Source: an uncultured Acidobacteriota bacterium
GTDB taxonomy: Bacteria; Acidobacteriota; Terriglobia; UBA7540
Assembly (NCBI GenBank): GCA_963804995.1
Contig: CAWDSK010000003.1
Coordinates: 1,696,203 to 1,760,202 of the forward strand
Direction: 5' to 3'
Length of the DNA: 64,000 nucleotides
This document shows, one piece after another, positions 1 to 11,847 of this stretch. Made by a program: the position numbers and the translations under genes. Position 1 is the stretch's first letter. Each line of letters opens with the position of its first letter. The notes beneath the pieces are model-generated. The model was not told the DNA's origin, did no database searches, and was given only the letters and a program-made list of their open reading frames with translations.

Positions 1-930
1 CGCTTCCGCAGCTTTATACAAATCGTAGGCGGGAATACTATGAAGCTGCTCAACCTGGTTTTCTGCGAGGCCCAGTCTTGATAGCACCAGCTTGGCGTTT
101 TGGGTGGCGGCGTCTTTGTCTTCCGCGCGCAGCATGGAGCCGCTCTCGATGATGGCGCGATGGAAGAGTCCTTTGGCCGCAGGCATGGCCATTAAGGTGT
201 TAAGCTTTCCACCGCCGCCGGAAACGCCGAAGAGCGTCACGTTCCCCGGGTCGCCGCCAAAATGCGTGATGTTATCACGCACCCACTCGAGCGCCAGGAC
301 CAGATCCAGTTGCCCCACATTGCCGACCGCATACTTCTCACTCAAGCCGCCGAGATACAGATAGCCAAAGGCGCTCAGACGATGGTTGATGCCCATCAGC
401 ACCACGTCCTCTTCACGGGGCAAGGCATCGCCATAAACCACGATCTGGCTCAACAGGTTGCTGTAGCCTCCCCCGTGAATATAGATCAGCACAGGACGCT
501 TGCCCTTGAGTCCCGGGGTCAGAACATTCAACACCAGGCAGTTTTCGCTGCTCTTCTCCTCGCCGAGTTCAGCCGGGTGTCTCAATCCCAGGAAGTAATT
601 ATCCATCTCCGGGTCACTGTACAATCTCCCCGATCCCTGCACCGAACGCGGGCCGTTCTGCGTCGCGTCGCGAATGCCCGCCCACGGAGCAGGCTTCGAA
701 GGCGGCAGAAAGCGCGCCGCCCCCTCCGTTGGGCCTCCGTAGGGAATGCCCCGGAAGACACGCACGCCTTGCCAGTCGACGCCGCGAACCTTTCCGTACT
801 GCGTTTCGGCAACCGGCGCCGTGCTCCCCCCACGCGCCGCCGCGCGCATTGCAAACGGACCTCCCACCAGTGCCGCAACCCCCGCGGAGAAAGAGTGTTT
901 CAACAAATCCCGCCGACTCAGGCGTTGCAT
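1..930 (-). CDS. Carboxylesterase type B (p-nitrobenzyl esterase-like), Tat signal; runs off the left edge
   Basis: Manual translation from ATG at 930: [11 protein letters not shown] (Tat), [30 protein letters not shown] oxyanion motif, [17 protein letters not shown] nucleophile elbow. RBS GGAGG upstream. Not in the ORF track because it has no stop within the window. Confidence 0.88.
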   Translation of the reverse strand, partial: MQRLSRRDLLKHSFSAGVAALVGGPFAMRAAARGGSTAPVAETQYGKVRGVDWQGVRVFRGIPYGGPTEGAARFLPPSKPAPWAGIRDATQNGPRSVQGSGRLYSDPEMDNYFLGLRHPAELGEEKSSENCLVLNVLTPGLKGKRPVLIYIHGGGYSNLLSQIVVYGDALPREEDVVLMGINHRLSAFGYLYLGGLSEKYAVGNVGQLDLVLALEWVRDNITHFGGDPGNVTLFGVSGGGGKLNTLMAMPAAKGLFHRAIIESGSMLRAEDKDAATQNAKLVLSRLGLAENQVEQLHSIPAYDLYKAAEA

Positions 931-952
931 TTCTACCTCCGATGTTTCAGTC

Positions 953-1082
953 GTAGGGGCGGTTCGCGAACCGCCTTTGGACTGCGGCCGCGAAGCTGCC
1001 GCTTTAACCCTTCGGTGTGAGCGACAATTTCTGAAAGAAGATGGAAAATTTCAAAAGCGGCAGCTTCGCGGCCGCAGTCCAA
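953..1082. repeat. GTAG-type REP plus REPIN-like inverted pair
   Basis: GTAGGGGCGGTTCGCGAACCGCC at 953-975. Perfect 29-bp inverted arms at 977-1005 and 1054-1082 (TTGGACTGCGGCCGCGAAGCTGCCGCTTT). Confidence 0.8.
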
Positions 1083-1092
1083 GGGAAACCAA

Positions 1093-2913
1093 TCAGCGCG
1101 ACAGCACCGCCAGGAGTGCCTGATAATTATCCACCAGGATGCCTTCGTAGCCGTGCGGCGCCCCATCCCACGACTTCCAATCGTAGGATTTACCGTTGGG
1201 GCCGAACCCCTGGAATCCTCCCTGTTCATATCCTTCGAGCAGGGGGAACAGCATGGCGTCGGCGTCGGCGCGCCGGCCCAATTGGTAGAGGGCCTGTAGG
1301 GTGAAATATTCGAAGGACCCCGTGGCGCCCCCGTTCTGGTAAACCTGCCATGGATCGTCCGCCGGTCCGAAGGAATCCTTGTGGGGAACGCGAATCAGGA
1401 CGCCCGGCAGTCCATAATTGAAAGTGGTATAGCCCACCTCTTTCATTTTGGCGAGCAGGCGATCCATGATGGCATTGGCCTTGTCAGGAGGCACCAAGCC
1501 GTAAACGATGGCGGCGCCGTTGACAAAGGTGAAGTAGTAATCGTGCAGCATGCCATCCGCGCTCTTCCAACCCGCCAGCACACCCGTGGCGGGGTTGTAG
1601 AAGGTGTCATAATAAACGGAGCGCATTTTTTCAGCACGGGCTGAATACAGTTGGGCGTCAGAGGGCTGGCCGGCTTGCCGCGCCAGCTCCGTCATCCCGA
1701 CCAAGGCATGGTAAGCCAGGGCATTGGAGTAGGCGTCCTGGTGGCCAAAATTGATAACATCCCACCAGTTGGCGGGGCGCACCGAACCATCCAGCGGCGA
1801 GGAGTCGTAATTGCCACTCAAAGGGTATTCCAGCAGCCCCTTCCCATCCCGGTCCATGGCGAGCATCTTCGTGGCCCACGCTTTCAATCCTGGGTAGTTC
1901 TTCTTCAGCCAGGTAGTATCTTTGCTGGCGCTAACGTAGTCCGAAGCGGCGACCACCAAGGAGGGATAAGAGTCCAGGAAATCGTACTTGTTATCCGCCT
2001 GGGATCCCGCCACGCCATACGCCTTCATCCCGCTGAGATAACGGTCCAGCGTCTGGTGGATCATGTCCAGCGCAGTCACGCCGGGCGCCAAGGGCGGCGT
2101 GCGCGCCGCTACGGAGGAGTACTCATACAGCGTGAAGGCGCACGGGTCGCTGGCCGCATGGTTGGCCAGCACGCGTAACCGGGGGCTGATTTGAAAGATA
2201 TTCAGCCAGTTGCGGCGGAAGCCGTCGAAACGGGCGTCGCTCGCGAGGGCCGGTGAGCCAGGATAGATCGTGACCACGTCCAGCTTATAGTCAATCTGTG
2301 GAGTCGAGGCGGAGGCAGCGGGAAAGGTCACTTTCACGTAATTGTTCTCTTTTAACCCCAATGCCTGGTGGCCACGGATGCACAGGGCATCGTAGCCCAG
2401 CGATAGCTTGGCGCCTGCGGCAGTCGAGATTCGAAAAGTTCCGAGGTCGGGTAGGTGGAGAACCGCCGGCAACCGCACGCTTCCGTCATCGTTGATAAGC
2501 CCCAGCAGCGTGGCGTGATTGATTCGGGAATTGAAGTTGAGTACCAGCGGGGGAGGCGCGATCCCTGCGGCGAAGCGCGAGCGCAGGTGAATTTGGCGCG
2601 TGGAAAAATCGAAGGTCCAAGCAGGCGGCGTGCCGGGCGGGGCGCCCTTGGGGCGATACTCGTAAGTCGTGCCCACTTGGCGCACTTCGTAGGTTGTCTC
2701 GGCGGGGCCGGGCGGTCGAAGCGGGTTCACGCTCAGCTTGTTCTTTCCCAGCGAGTCAACCGCCAGTGACACCAGAGCCGGCTGATCGGGCGCAAGCTCA
2801 ACCCGCATAAAAGCCGACTGGTACCGGAGCGCCCGGTCCGGAGGATCGGCCGCGACCCGTAACGGTACAAAGAGCACGATTAAGAACGGAATAATCCGCT
2901 TGGTCATATGCAT
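1093..2913 (-). CDS. Secreted putative glycoside hydrolase, (alpha/alpha)6-barrel type
   Basis: 606 aa with signal peptide. Motifs DRDGKGLLE, NWWD..FGHQDAYSNALAY, YYDTFYNPATG, YQNGG resemble six-hairpin glycosidases. Adjacent to a GH106-like gene. Confidence 0.6.
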   Translation of the reverse strand: MHMTKRIIPFLIVLFVPLRVAADPPDRALRYQSAFMRVELAPDQPALVSLAVDSLGKNKLSVNPLRPPGPAETTYEVRQVGTTYEYRPKGAPPGTPPAWTFDFSTRQIHLRSRFAAGIAPPPLVLNFNSRINHATLLGLINDDGSVRLPAVLHLPDLGTFRISTAAGAKLSLGYDALCIRGHQALGLKENNYVKVTFPAASASTPQIDYKLDVVTIYPGSPALASDARFDGFRRNWLNIFQISPRLRVLANHAASDPCAFTLYEYSSVAARTPPLAPGVTALDMIHQTLDRYLSGMKAYGVAGSQADNKYDFLDSYPSLVVAASDYVSASKDTTWLKKNYPGLKAWATKMLAMDRDGKGLLEYPLSGNYDSSPLDGSVRPANWWDVINFGHQDAYSNALAYHALVGMTELARQAGQPSDAQLYSARAEKMRSVYYDTFYNPATGVLAGWKSADGMLHDYYFTFVNGAAIVYGLVPPDKANAIMDRLLAKMKEVGYTTFNYGLPGVLIRVPHKDSFGPADDPWQVYQNGGATGSFEYFTLQALYQLGRRADADAMLFPLLEGYEQGGFQGFGPNGKSYDWKSWDGAPHGYEGILVDNYQALLAVLSR

Positions 2914-2986
2914 GTCTCCTCTAATTCGAATGCTTAGCCCTCTCCGCCGGGGAGAGGGCTATGAATCCAAATCAGTGTGCCTCGCA

Positions 2987-5900
2987 CTACAAGTCAGTCA
3001 CCCGCCGCACCGCCGTGCGCAAACGCACGGGACCGATCAGCCCGGACTCGACCAGCGGATCGTCCTTAGTGTAATGCTTCCAGGTGGCAAAAGTGACGCG
3101 CCCGCCCGGGGGTTTGGGCTTCCCTTCCGCATACCAATCCGGCAAGCGTCGAATCGCCAGATTCACATTGCCGGTGCCGCTCACCACCGCCGTGCCTGAC
3201 ACGCTCCCGTAATCGTTTTCGGGCGGAAGATGCTCATCGCCAATCAGACGGTTCGGCCACAGGCTGGTCACACGAATTTCCAAATCGTTGTCCCCAGGGC
3301 GGACCGCCTCCGTCACATCCACCCGGTACGGAGCCTTCCACAGAACCCCGAGATCCTTGCCATTCAGCTTGACTTCCGCCGCCACCTCCACCCATCCCAG
3401 GTCCAGGAACAGGCGCTTGCCGCCCGTGGTCGCATTCGCAGCAACCTTGAACCTTTTGGTGTAGGTCGCAGGGCCGGAGAAATACTTTACCCCGAAGTCG
3501 GAATGCTTGCGCAGAGAGAGCAACTCGGGAAGAGTGATTTCCGCCGGAGCGCCCAGGTTCGGAGGGAAGCTGACACGCCACGGCCCGGCGATCTCCATGG
3601 GGCGGCCCGCTCCCGTGATTTCAAGGGACGAACTCCGGCCCGCACTGTTGCGCAACGAGTAATGGCCATCCTGCCAGAAGAGCAGTCCCGCCCTTTCACC
3701 ACCCGCGGGCTCAAGGATTGGCGGCTCTGGCGGTGGGGGCAGGCCGGTGGCCGCCAGCTTCTGGATGCGGTCGTCGCCCAACACTTCAGGAAACAATTCC
3801 GGATCGCCCATGTCACCTTCAAAGTACGCGGCGCCGTCGCTTTGTTGAGCCTCGCCCAGGCCAGGATGAACGGTGGCGCCCGACTTCTGGCCCTCTCGAA
3901 GCAGCATGCCGTTCGCATAAATCGCGGGCGCACCCTCTTTGTAGACGAGCGCGAAATGCGTCCACCCTTCAATCGGGGTCAAGACCGTCAGAATGGGCAC
4001 AGGGTTGCCCACGGTCCGCTCATAGACTCCCACACCGTTGCGGCCCACGACCAATCCGCAGGCCGCGTGCCCTGCCCCGTAGACGGCCGCGCCCGCCGGC
4101 GGATAGAACACGAAACTGGATGGGGCGCCGCCCAGATACATGCCGGGCGCGATGGCCCCGGGAAGATCGATGTCCGTGTCCGGCTTCGCCCAGACGCTGA
4201 CGGTGAAATTGTTGGCTGTATCGCGGTGTAGCCCTTTACCCACCGCCGCGAGAGGCATAGTGCCCAGTACCACCGAGCCTTCCTTCGAAACGGAAACAAC
4301 ACGCTGCGCCGGCACCGGCGATCGGAACACCACAAAGATCGATCCCGAGGGATCAAGGCGCACCGGAATCCGCACCCGCCTCTCCACGGTGTCATAGATG
4401 CCGACCGGAATAATCTCACCCGTATCGGGCTTCCAGAGTTCCGGCTGCTTACCCGCCACTCGGAACGTGCAGACAAGATCCTCTGACCGCCGCCGCCGGT
4501 TCGCCAGGAAGTAAACGTCACTATCGCCCACGCGCCGGTGCAGGCAGTTGACGGGAGCATCGCCGGAGCGCGAGGTGATTTCGATATCGGGAGGGACGTT
4601 CAGCTTCGCGAGCACACTGGGCAGCGGCTCTCCCCAGAATACCCTTCCCTGGCCAAAGGTTCGCTCGGTCACGGTCGACCCATTTAAATCACCCCACACT
4701 TCGCCGGTCGTCTTACGCAATTCGGCATCGGCTGCCGGAAGGTCCGTCAGGCCCGGAGTGCGTTCCGGCTTGGGTCCAAGCACGCACATGCCTTGCTCTA
4801 CCAAATCGCGAATCTTGCCGAGCAGTCCCCGGGTCATGACCGTCTGGTCGGGGAGCACCAGGACCCGGTAGCTCATCCCGTCCGGCAGAACGATGCGGCC
4901 ATTCTGGATTTTGATACGATTGAGAATTGTTTCCGCGTCCACCGTATCCCAGTCATAGCCCGGTGGGGGCGTGGGCTTCAGCTCGCCGAGCGACGGCGCC
5001 GGCATGGGAGCGTTTTCACCCTGGAAATACAAAAGGTCCGCCACAAACAGTCCTTGCCGGAGCAGGTGCTGGCAGCGTGCCGCATATTCCAGCCAAGCCC
5101 TGCCCGGATTCCACCAAGTGTTGGTGCGGTCGAAATGAAATCCCCATTGCCCCATGGTCATGCCCGGCGCGGCGGTGGGATGGGGCTGGTGCGCGTAGCG
5201 ATGAAAGATGAATTCGTTCAGACCTTGCGCGTACATCCAATCTCCTTGCGCTTTCAGCCCGTAGGGAGACTCCTGCCATTTCGCAAAAATCGGATACCCG
5301 GTGTACGACTCCGCACCCACCACCGCCTTGCCATTTACGTGCGCGACGGAGGCGGCCAGCTTGACACTCCGATTGACAGCGCGATTGCTGCGCGTCCAAA
5401 ACTCGCCCATGGGCACATCCAGTCGCGCGCCCACCTGCATCTCGTCGAGCGGCCCGCCGGAGTAGGGTTCAGAGTAAGCCTTCATGCCGTGCTTCCGGCA
5501 CAGGTCGGCAAAGCAACCGTAGTAATTGTCGGCTATCAAATCGGAATAGGTCCGGCGGATATCCCAAAGGAAACGGTCGGACGCATCACCGCTCCCCACT
5601 ACGCGGCCGGTGAGCGCGGGCAGGTATTTCACGAGGTCGTAACCCCGACGCCGCTCGAATTCTTGCGGAAACTCCGGGGTCCACGTTTGCATGCCCACTT
5701 CGTAACTATCGATGACCGCTCCGGTGAGATGTTTTGCGGCCAGCGGGGCGAGGGTCGCGAAGAGCTCCCCGAAAAAATGCTCGAAGTGAAACTCCATGGC
5801 CGCGCGGCTGAACTTGTCGCATTCCAACCCTTGGCCGCCTTCGGGCGCAGGATGATTCTCAATTCCGATGGTGGTATGACCGAAGCGGAGAATGGTCCAA

Positions 5901-7051
5901 ATTCCTGCAGGCGCCTGCCAATTCAGGTGACCCTCGCGGTCCATGTGCTGCGTGATGTTGAGAACAGCGGCAGGATCAATGATCGAACCTTCAGGCGCCT
6001 GCCCCGTCGGCCGAAGCGGCACGGTACCCAATTGACCCGGCAGAGCTCGTGTGACCATGTCCGCCTTGTAGGGCCAATCAGTGATGCGCGAGGCCCCAAA
6101 TAGCTGTACCTGATTGACACGGCTCGCGCGCGGAAATGCCAGACGGAAGTATTTTGCTCGCACCGCCGGGAAAGTGGCAGCGGCGGGAACTTCGATCCCG
6201 TTCCGCCCGGCTGGCGTCCTCAGGTCGCAGACTTTGCGGAACTGAACGCCATCCTCAGACATCTCGAGTGCCACATCGAGCGCGCTGAGAGAAAAGGATC
6301 CTGAAACCGTGGCAGGAGGAACGTACAGCGCAATCGAGCGCGCCGTGAGGGCCTCGGCAAACTCCAACCAGAGATAAGCCGGCTGGTCGGAAGCGCTGGG
6401 GACGACATCCACCGCCCTCGACATGTCGCCATTGGTCAGAAGTCTTTCGTCAACGGGGCCGCTGCCCGTGGCAGCTCTGCGCAGCCGTGCCTGCAGGGGT
6501 TCGCTCTCCCCGTCGAGCGAAGGGTACGCCAGAACGAAGGCATCGCGATAATAGCCGCGTTTGGTGTACGGCTGCGGCAATGTGACGCTGACCGTCTGCC
6601 CGCCGGTCGCGAAGGTTTCACTCCACACAAGTTGCTGCATCGAGAGCTCAGGTGTAATCCAAGGCCCGCCACTCGATGACCATCCGGGGCAATTGTGCAT
6701 GGCGAATTCCAGCCCCAGCCGATCGGCTTCCTTGGCCGCGTGCTTGAGCAGGTCGAGGTGTTGGGGGCTCCCATATGCGACGGGCCCGCGCGGGATGCCT
6801 GTGCCAGCCTGGAAAATCTGGAACCCGCCGATGCCCACCTTCTGCATCGCCTCGAGATCGCGCGTGATGCCGTCGGCAGTAATGTTCCCATTCATCCAGT
6901 GCCACCAGGTTTTGGGACGGGCTGATGCGGGTGGCTGTCGGAAGGCCTGTTCCAGCGCCGATCCCCTTGAAATCTGTCCGCGAACTAAGCCACGAGTAAG
7001 CAAAGTTGCCGCGGTCCCTGCACAACTCTTGATAAAGGTCCGTCGTCTCAT
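2987..7051 (-). CDS. GH106-like alpha-L-rhamnosidase with LamG-like insertion, Tat signal
   Basis: MRRRTFIK Tat motif; [53 protein letters not shown]-terminal SGLIGPV. Segment [10 protein letters not shown]...WTHFALVY...IYANG is LamG-like. Confidence 0.85.
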   Translation of the reverse strand: MRRRTFIKSCAGTAATLLTRGLVRGQISRGSALEQAFRQPPASARPKTWWHWMNGNITADGITRDLEAMQKVGIGGFQIFQAGTGIPRGPVAYGSPQHLDLLKHAAKEADRLGLEFAMHNCPGWSSSGGPWITPELSMQQLVWSETFATGGQTVSVTLPQPYTKRGYYRDAFVLAYPSLDGESEPLQARLRRAATGSGPVDERLLTNGDMSRAVDVVPSASDQPAYLWLEFAEALTARSIALYVPPATVSGSFSLSALDVALEMSEDGVQFRKVCDLRTPAGRNGIEVPAAATFPAVRAKYFRLAFPRASRVNQVQLFGASRITDWPYKADMVTRALPGQLGTVPLRPTGQAPEGSIIDPAAVLNITQHMDREGHLNWQAPAGIWTILRFGHTTIGIENHPAPEGGQGLECDKFSRAAMEFHFEHFFGELFATLAPLAAKHLTGAVIDSYEVGMQTWTPEFPQEFERRRGYDLVKYLPALTGRVVGSGDASDRFLWDIRRTYSDLIADNYYGCFADLCRKHGMKAYSEPYSGGPLDEMQVGARLDVPMGEFWTRSNRAVNRSVKLAASVAHVNGKAVVGAESYTGYPIFAKWQESPYGLKAQGDWMYAQGLNEFIFHRYAHQPHPTAAPGMTMGQWGFHFDRTNTWWNPGRAWLEYAARCQHLLRQGLFVADLLYFQGENAPMPAPSLGELKPTPPPGYDWDTVDAETILNRIKIQNGRIVLPDGMSYRVLVLPDQTVMTRGLLGKIRDLVEQGMCVLGPKPERTPGLTDLPAADAELRKTTGEVWGDLNGSTVTERTFGQGRVFWGEPLPSVLAKLNVPPDIEITSRSGDAPVNCLHRRVGDSDVYFLANRRRRSEDLVCTFRVAGKQPELWKPDTGEIIPVGIYDTVERRVRIPVRLDPSGSIFVVFRSPVPAQRVVSVSKEGSVVLGTMPLAAVGKGLHRDTANNFTVSVWAKPDTDIDLPGAIAPGMYLGGAPSSFVFYPPAGAAVYGAGHAACGLVVGRNGVGVYERTVGNPVPILTVLTPIEGWTHFALVYKEGAPAIYANGMLLREGQKSGATVHPGLGEAQQSDGAAYFEGDMGDPELFPEVLGDDRIQKLAATGLPPPPEPPILEPAGGERAGLLFWQDGHYSLRNSAGRSSSLEITGAGRPMEIAGPWRVSFPPNLGAPAEITLPELLSLRKHSDFGVKYFSGPATYTKRFKVAANATTGGKRLFLDLGWVEVAAEVKLNGKDLGVLWKAPYRVDVTEAVRPGDNDLEIRVTSLWPNRLIGDEHLPPENDYGSVSGTAVVSGTGNVNLAIRRLPDWYAEGKPKPPGGRVTFATWKHYTKDDPLVESGLIGPVRLRTAVRRVTDL

Positions 7052-7164
7052 GCAGGCTCCCACAATTTGAATCTCAGTGAATCCTCACCCCGGTGACGTT
7101 ACGAGATACAGCCTTCTGATGCAAGCTTGAATTGTTGGATTGGCGGGTGCTGTCCTAATTTAAA

Positions 7165-7216
7165 TGTAACGCTGCCATCTCGGCGGCTCAATGCCGGCTG
7201 GAAGCCAGCGCTACAT
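7165..7216. repeat. REP-like palindromic element
   Basis: TGTAACGCTGCC...GCCGGCTGGAAGCCAGCGCTACA imperfect palindrome in an intergenic region. Confidence 0.5.
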
Positions 7217-7395
7217 CTGAAATTAGGACAGCACCGATTGGCGTCGAGCTTGGTCGTGATAAGCTGGCGGGTAGAGCTATACTTGGACGAAGACTGTCCA
7301 ATTTGATAAAAGATCCCAGCCCGCATCCGAGGAATTTGCGCGTTCTCTTCTGGTATCGGATGCCTGGTTTGGGGAAAAGCGTGGGGAGGTTGACC

Positions 7396-8493
7396 GTGAA
7401 TTCAAATATGTCAATGGCAGATCGAGTATCGGCGCACTCTCGAATCGCCCAATCATGCGGCAAGCGCGAAAGCACAGGGTTTGATTCCCGAAGCTTATGC
7501 TTGCTTGTCATGCTCTTACTCCCGGCGATGCTGAGAGCTGAAGACCACCAGGTTGTTGCCAAGGAATACTACCGAACGTTTTCAGCAACCCATCCCGTGC
7601 TCTTGCGGATTAAGCCAGGCGATGTGGTGGCCACCAAGACGCTCGATTCCTCCGGGCATGATGAGCACGGCGAGGCTCGCAGCACGCGGGGAAATCCCTT
7701 GACGGGTCCTTTCTATGTAGAAGGCGCGGAAGTAGGCGACGCCCTGCGGGTGCATCTCCGGAAGCTTCAACTGAACCGGAATTGGGGATCCTCGTGTTAC
7801 CGTTTGGGCCTGGTTGCCGTGACGCCGGAGTTTATCGAAACCATGTCTCCCGACAACCTCTATCCGGATCGCGTGATTAAGGGATATTCGAACCTGGTGC
7901 GTTGGGATATCGACCTGGCGAATAAAATGGTGCGGCTACGCGACCCCGCGAGTGGACAGCAAAAGTTGGAGTTCGCGGCGCGCCCCATGTTGGGTTGCAT
8001 TGGTGTGGCGCCGGAGGGCGAATTCACGCCGACCTCAGGGCCGGCCGGTTCCTATGGCGGAAACATGGACTACAACGAGGTCCGCGAAGGCGCCACGGTT
8101 ATGCTGCCCGTCTCTCATCCCGGCGCGTTCTTTTACCTCGGCGATGGTCACGCGTTGCAAGGTGACGGTGAGCCCACCGGCAACGGAATCGAGACATCAC
8201 TCAACGTTGAATTCAGCGTGGACCTTGTCAAGAAAGCTCACTTGACCGGACCGCGCCTCGAAACGCCTGACTATCTGATCAGCGTGGGTGCGCAGCCGGA
8301 GTTCGAAAGCGACCTGAATCGTGGGCTGCAAGTTGCGACCACTGACATGGTTCATTGGTTGACCGAAGAATACAAAATGGATTCCTGGGTCGCGCAGGTG
8401 CTGATTGCGTTTCAAAGCAAGTATGACATCATCACCGTTGCGGGTTCCGTGGGTCTGAAGATTCCCAAGCGCTGCCTGCCCAATCACCCGTGA
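7396..8493 (+). CDS. Acetamidase/formamidase family protein, probably secreted
   Basis: NPLTGPFYVEGAEVGD, PMLGCIGVAP, YGGNMD, GDGHALQGDGE motifs. GTG start after GGAGG; exact start uncertain. Confidence 0.85.
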   Translation: MNSNMSMADRVSAHSRIAQSCGKRESTGFDSRSLCLLVMLLLPAMLRAEDHQVVAKEYYRTFSATHPVLLRIKPGDVVATKTLDSSGHDEHGEARSTRGNPLTGPFYVEGAEVGDALRVHLRKLQLNRNWGSSCYRLGLVAVTPEFIETMSPDNLYPDRVIKGYSNLVRWDIDLANKMVRLRDPASGQQKLEFAARPMLGCIGVAPEGEFTPTSGPAGSYGGNMDYNEVREGATVMLPVSHPGAFFYLGDGHALQGDGEPTGNGIETSLNVEFSVDLVKKAHLTGPRLETPDYLISVGAQPEFESDLNRGLQVATTDMVHWLTEEYKMDSWVAQVLIAFQSKYDIITVAGSVGLKIPKRCLPNHP

Positions 8494-8824
8494 GTCAGAT
8501 TGGCCGCGCCGTAAAATTCGCAGGGTTAGCCTGACATGGATTTTTGGGGGGTAATCACGGTTTTTGGTGGGACCTCGCGCGCTATGCCCCTCGGAAGGCA
8601 ACTTGTGGGACACGCGCCTTGACGCTCCTCGCGCGACAGGGTGTGACAAAATGTCGCAGCCAGCCGCCTCGGCTCTGTGGGGGAGGAGCGTCCTCCCCAA
8701 CCGCTTCGGGGAGCGTCTCCCCATATCCTACCTTGTCTGGCGTTATAGCCCCTTGTCATGGCCATTCACAAGCGCAGCCATCGTGAGACGATCCCGATTC
8801 TGTGCAGCCCCGGTTTCCTACCAG

Positions 8825-8860
8825 CCACTATCCACTAACCACTATCCACTATCCACTGAC
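8825..8860. repeat. Heptamer tandem repeat (CCACTAT/CCACTAA) just downstream of ADOP permease 1
   Basis: ccactat-ccactaa-ccactat-ccactat-ccactga. A similar tract lies at about 12260-12295 after permease 2. Confidence 0.7.
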
Positions 8861-11515
8861 TTACTCATACCGCAGCGCCACCATGGGATCGACCTTGGTC
8901 GCGCGGTGGGCGGGGAGGTAACACGCCAGCGCTGCGGTGACCAGGACGACGAGGGTCACGATCGTAATTGTCAGCGGGTCTTGTGCGGTTACGCCGAACA
9001 GCAGGCTGCGAATTACACCACCGGCCGCCAGCGCCGCTAAAACTCCTGCCGCCCATCCCACCACGACCGGCGACATCCCTTGTAGAAGAACCAGATTCCG
9101 CAGATGGGAGCCTTGCGCGCCAAGCGCCATGCGGATTCCCAATTCCTGTCGCCGCCGCGCCACCGAGTACCCCACCACGCCGTAGATTCCGAGCGCCGCG
9201 AGCAACAATGCGAAGATCGCAAAAAGGGATGCCAGCAGCATTTGAAAGCGGCGGACACCCACCGATTCCGACACGATCTCGGCCATCGGACGGAGGTGCA
9301 GGATTGGAACCCCTGAATCCACGCTCCGAATCGCGCTACGCACCGCCGTGCCCAGTGCCGCGGGCCCAATCGCCGCCCGAACCACCAGCGAGGCGTGCAA
9401 GCCCGACCAGGTTCGAGCTGCCGGCCCGGCTGGTTGATAGACCATCAACAGGGGAGGCTCGTCGAGGGCGACCGTACGGATGTCAGCAACGACACCGATT
9501 ACTTCAGTGAGAGGCCGGTGTTCTTCTCCCGGGTGGAATTGCTTGCCGAGGGGGTTTTCGCCCGGCCACACTTGCTTCGCGACGCTCTCGGAAATGACAG
9601 CAACGTGGCGGTCGCGATCGGCCGGCTCGATCAAGCGGCCCTGGCGCAAGGGAATACCCATCGACTGAAAATAATCGGAACTCACAAATCGATAATTCGC
9701 GATGGCATCCGGCAGGCCGTTGGTCGAGCGGCCGGGCACGGTGATGCCGTCCACCTGCTCTTGTCCTTCGAGCGGGAGTTTGCTGATCCAACCGGCGGAT
9801 TTCACGCCGGGGAGGGCGCGCACTTGCGCGAGCACGTTATCGAAGAACTCCTCTTTTTGCTCCAGCTTCGTATAGCTCTGCGGAGGCAAGCTGACGTCCA
9901 CGGCGAGCACGTGCTCCGTCGAGAATCCCTTATCGACACCGAGCAAGCGAACCATGCTCGTAGTGAGCAGGCCGGCCATGATCAGAAGCAGGGTGCCGAC
10001 GCCGACTTCAAAGCCGATCAGCGATTCCCGCAAGCGGCGCGCCGGGCGGCTCTCCGTAATGGTGACGGCGCCCGCTTTTAGGGCCTGTTGCGGCTCGGCA
10101 TGCGACACGCGCCACGCGGGCAGAGCGCCGAAAAGGATTCCGGTCAGCATGGAAACGAAGACCGTGAACCACAGCACGCGCGCATCCAAGTGCACTTCAT
10201 CAATTCGGGGCAGATTGGCGGGCGCCACGGCCACCAGCCACCGCAGCCCGAAATACGCGATGCCCACGCCGAGGACACCTCCCAGGATCGCGAGCAAGGC
10301 ACTTTCCGTCAGCAGTTGCCGCGCCAGGCGAGCACGCGAAGCTCCCAGCGCCGTCCGAATGCCCGCCTCCCGAACCCGGGCTGGAACGCGCACCAGCAGC
10401 AGGTTCGCCAGGTTCAGGCAAACGATCAGGAGCACTGCTCCCACGCCCCCGAGCAAGAGCAGAAGCCCGCGCCGTGCTGTCCCCACCACTTGGCTTTCGA
10501 GAGGAATGAGCTCGGCGCGAAGTCCTACCGTCTCTTTTGCGTCCTTCACAATCCGCGCCTGAATCACATTCAATTCGGCCAGGGCTTGCCGTGCGCTCGT
10601 CCCGGGCCTTAGCCGGGCGATGGCGGCGAAATCGAATTCTCCGATCTGATCAAATTCTTTCGGATCGAGTCCGAGCGGCTTGAAGTAATTCGTCCGCGGG
10701 GGAAAATCGGTAAGGAGGCCTAATTGCGCGCCTTTGGGAAATAGGAACGAAGCGGGCAGAATACCCACGACCTGGAAGGCCTTGCCGTCGAGGGTAATCG
10801 ACCGGCCCACGATCTCGGGATCGCCGTGGAAACGGCCGCGCCAAAACGAGTCGGTGAGAATCACCACGTGATCGTTGCCGGGGGTGTCTTCCTGCGGCAG
10901 AAACGTGCGGCCCAGTTCCGGCACTACGCCCAACACGTCAAAGAGATTCGCGGAAGCCCGGCCACCGGGAATCTGCTCCGCCTCGCCGTCGCGGGTCAGC
11001 GTCATGTCGAAGGGTTCGACAATCGCGACCGAGTCGAAGGAGTGGCAGTCGCGCTGCCAGACGCGGAAATTCGGCAGATTGGCGGGAAGCGTCGGGTATG
11101 TCCGGCTCAGCTCCGGGATGATTTCGCGCACCAGGTAAAGCTGCTGCGCCTCGCGATAGGCAAGCGGCCGCAGCAGGACGCTGTTCACCATCGAGAAAAT
11201 CGCGGTGTTAGCGCCGATGCCGAGGGCAAGAGTGATTACGGCGACAGCCGTGAACCCGGGATTTCGCTTGAGCTGGCGCAGGCCGTAACGCACGTCTTGT
11301 AGCAAAGTTTCAAGCCAGCGAAGGCCCCACATGTCGCGCGTGGTCTCTTTGACCAGGGTAACGTTGCCGAATTCGCGGACGGCTGAGGCTCTGGCTTGCT
11401 CGGGCGATTCGCCCTGTTCGGCATGTTCCTGTGCGGCCATGCGCAGATGAGCTTTAACTTCTTCGTCCAGCTCCCGTTCGTGCTGGCGGCGAAAAATCCA
11501 GTTCCAAAGATTCAT
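8861..11515 (-). CDS. ADOP-family (MacB/FtsX duplicated) ABC permease
   Basis: 884 aa; permease prefix domain (ELDEEVKAHL...REFGN), TLALGIGANTAIFS, two FtsX halves, C-terminal RATKVDPMVALRYE. Confidence 0.92.
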   Translation of the reverse strand: MNLWNWIFRRQHERELDEEVKAHLRMAAQEHAEQGESPEQARASAVREFGNVTLVKETTRDMWGLRWLETLLQDVRYGLRQLKRNPGFTAVAVITLALGIGANTAIFSMVNSVLLRPLAYREAQQLYLVREIIPELSRTYPTLPANLPNFRVWQRDCHSFDSVAIVEPFDMTLTRDGEAEQIPGGRASANLFDVLGVVPELGRTFLPQEDTPGNDHVVILTDSFWRGRFHGDPEIVGRSITLDGKAFQVVGILPASFLFPKGAQLGLLTDFPPRTNYFKPLGLDPKEFDQIGEFDFAAIARLRPGTSARQALAELNVIQARIVKDAKETVGLRAELIPLESQVVGTARRGLLLLLGGVGAVLLIVCLNLANLLLVRVPARVREAGIRTALGASRARLARQLLTESALLAILGGVLGVGIAYFGLRWLVAVAPANLPRIDEVHLDARVLWFTVFVSMLTGILFGALPAWRVSHAEPQQALKAGAVTITESRPARRLRESLIGFEVGVGTLLLIMAGLLTTSMVRLLGVDKGFSTEHVLAVDVSLPPQSYTKLEQKEEFFDNVLAQVRALPGVKSAGWISKLPLEGQEQVDGITVPGRSTNGLPDAIANYRFVSSDYFQSMGIPLRQGRLIEPADRDRHVAVISESVAKQVWPGENPLGKQFHPGEEHRPLTEVIGVVADIRTVALDEPPLLMVYQPAGPAARTWSGLHASLVVRAAIGPAALGTAVRSAIRSVDSGVPILHLRPMAEIVSESVGVRRFQMLLASLFAIFALLLAALGIYGVVGYSVARRRQELGIRMALGAQGSHLRNLVLLQGMSPVVVGWAAGVLAALAAGGVIRSLLFGVTAQDPLTITIVTLVVLVTAALACYLPAHRATKVDPMVALRYE

Positions 11516-11572
11516 GGCTAACCTTCATCCGGTGCAGGAATCATCATGCCCGCGATGCTCCAAATATAACTG
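11304..11572. repeat. 269-bp direct repeat, copy 1 (copy 2 at 14724-14992)
   Basis: Ungapped match at offset 3420 with 2 mismatches. Covers the permease 5' ends and upstream leader. Confidence 0.95.
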
Positions 11573-11576
11573 GCAC

Positions 11577-11683
11577 CTTGGAGTGCGGTAGCAGCAGCTA
11601 CCGCCTTGCCTTCTGTAGCCCATACGAGAATCGAACGAAATCGAGAGCAGGAAAGGCGGTAGCTGCTGCTACCGCACTCCAAG
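11577..11683. repeat. REPIN-like element
   Basis: Perfect 31-bp inverted arms at 11577-11607 and 11653-11683 (CTTGGAGTGCGGTAGCAGCAGCTACCGCCTT). Confidence 0.85.
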
Positions 11684-11847
11684 ACGCGGCGCAGGCCAAT
11701 AGCTGGCGAACACCCGCCTCAATTCCCACCCCTGCGAGTCTCGATGACAACTGGGGGAGGGTCTGCTTTTTGTAATAAAGTATCTGCGCAATCATACAAA
11801 TTGAAAAACGTCAGACCGCTGCCGTACAATGCTGTAGGGAGAACTCG

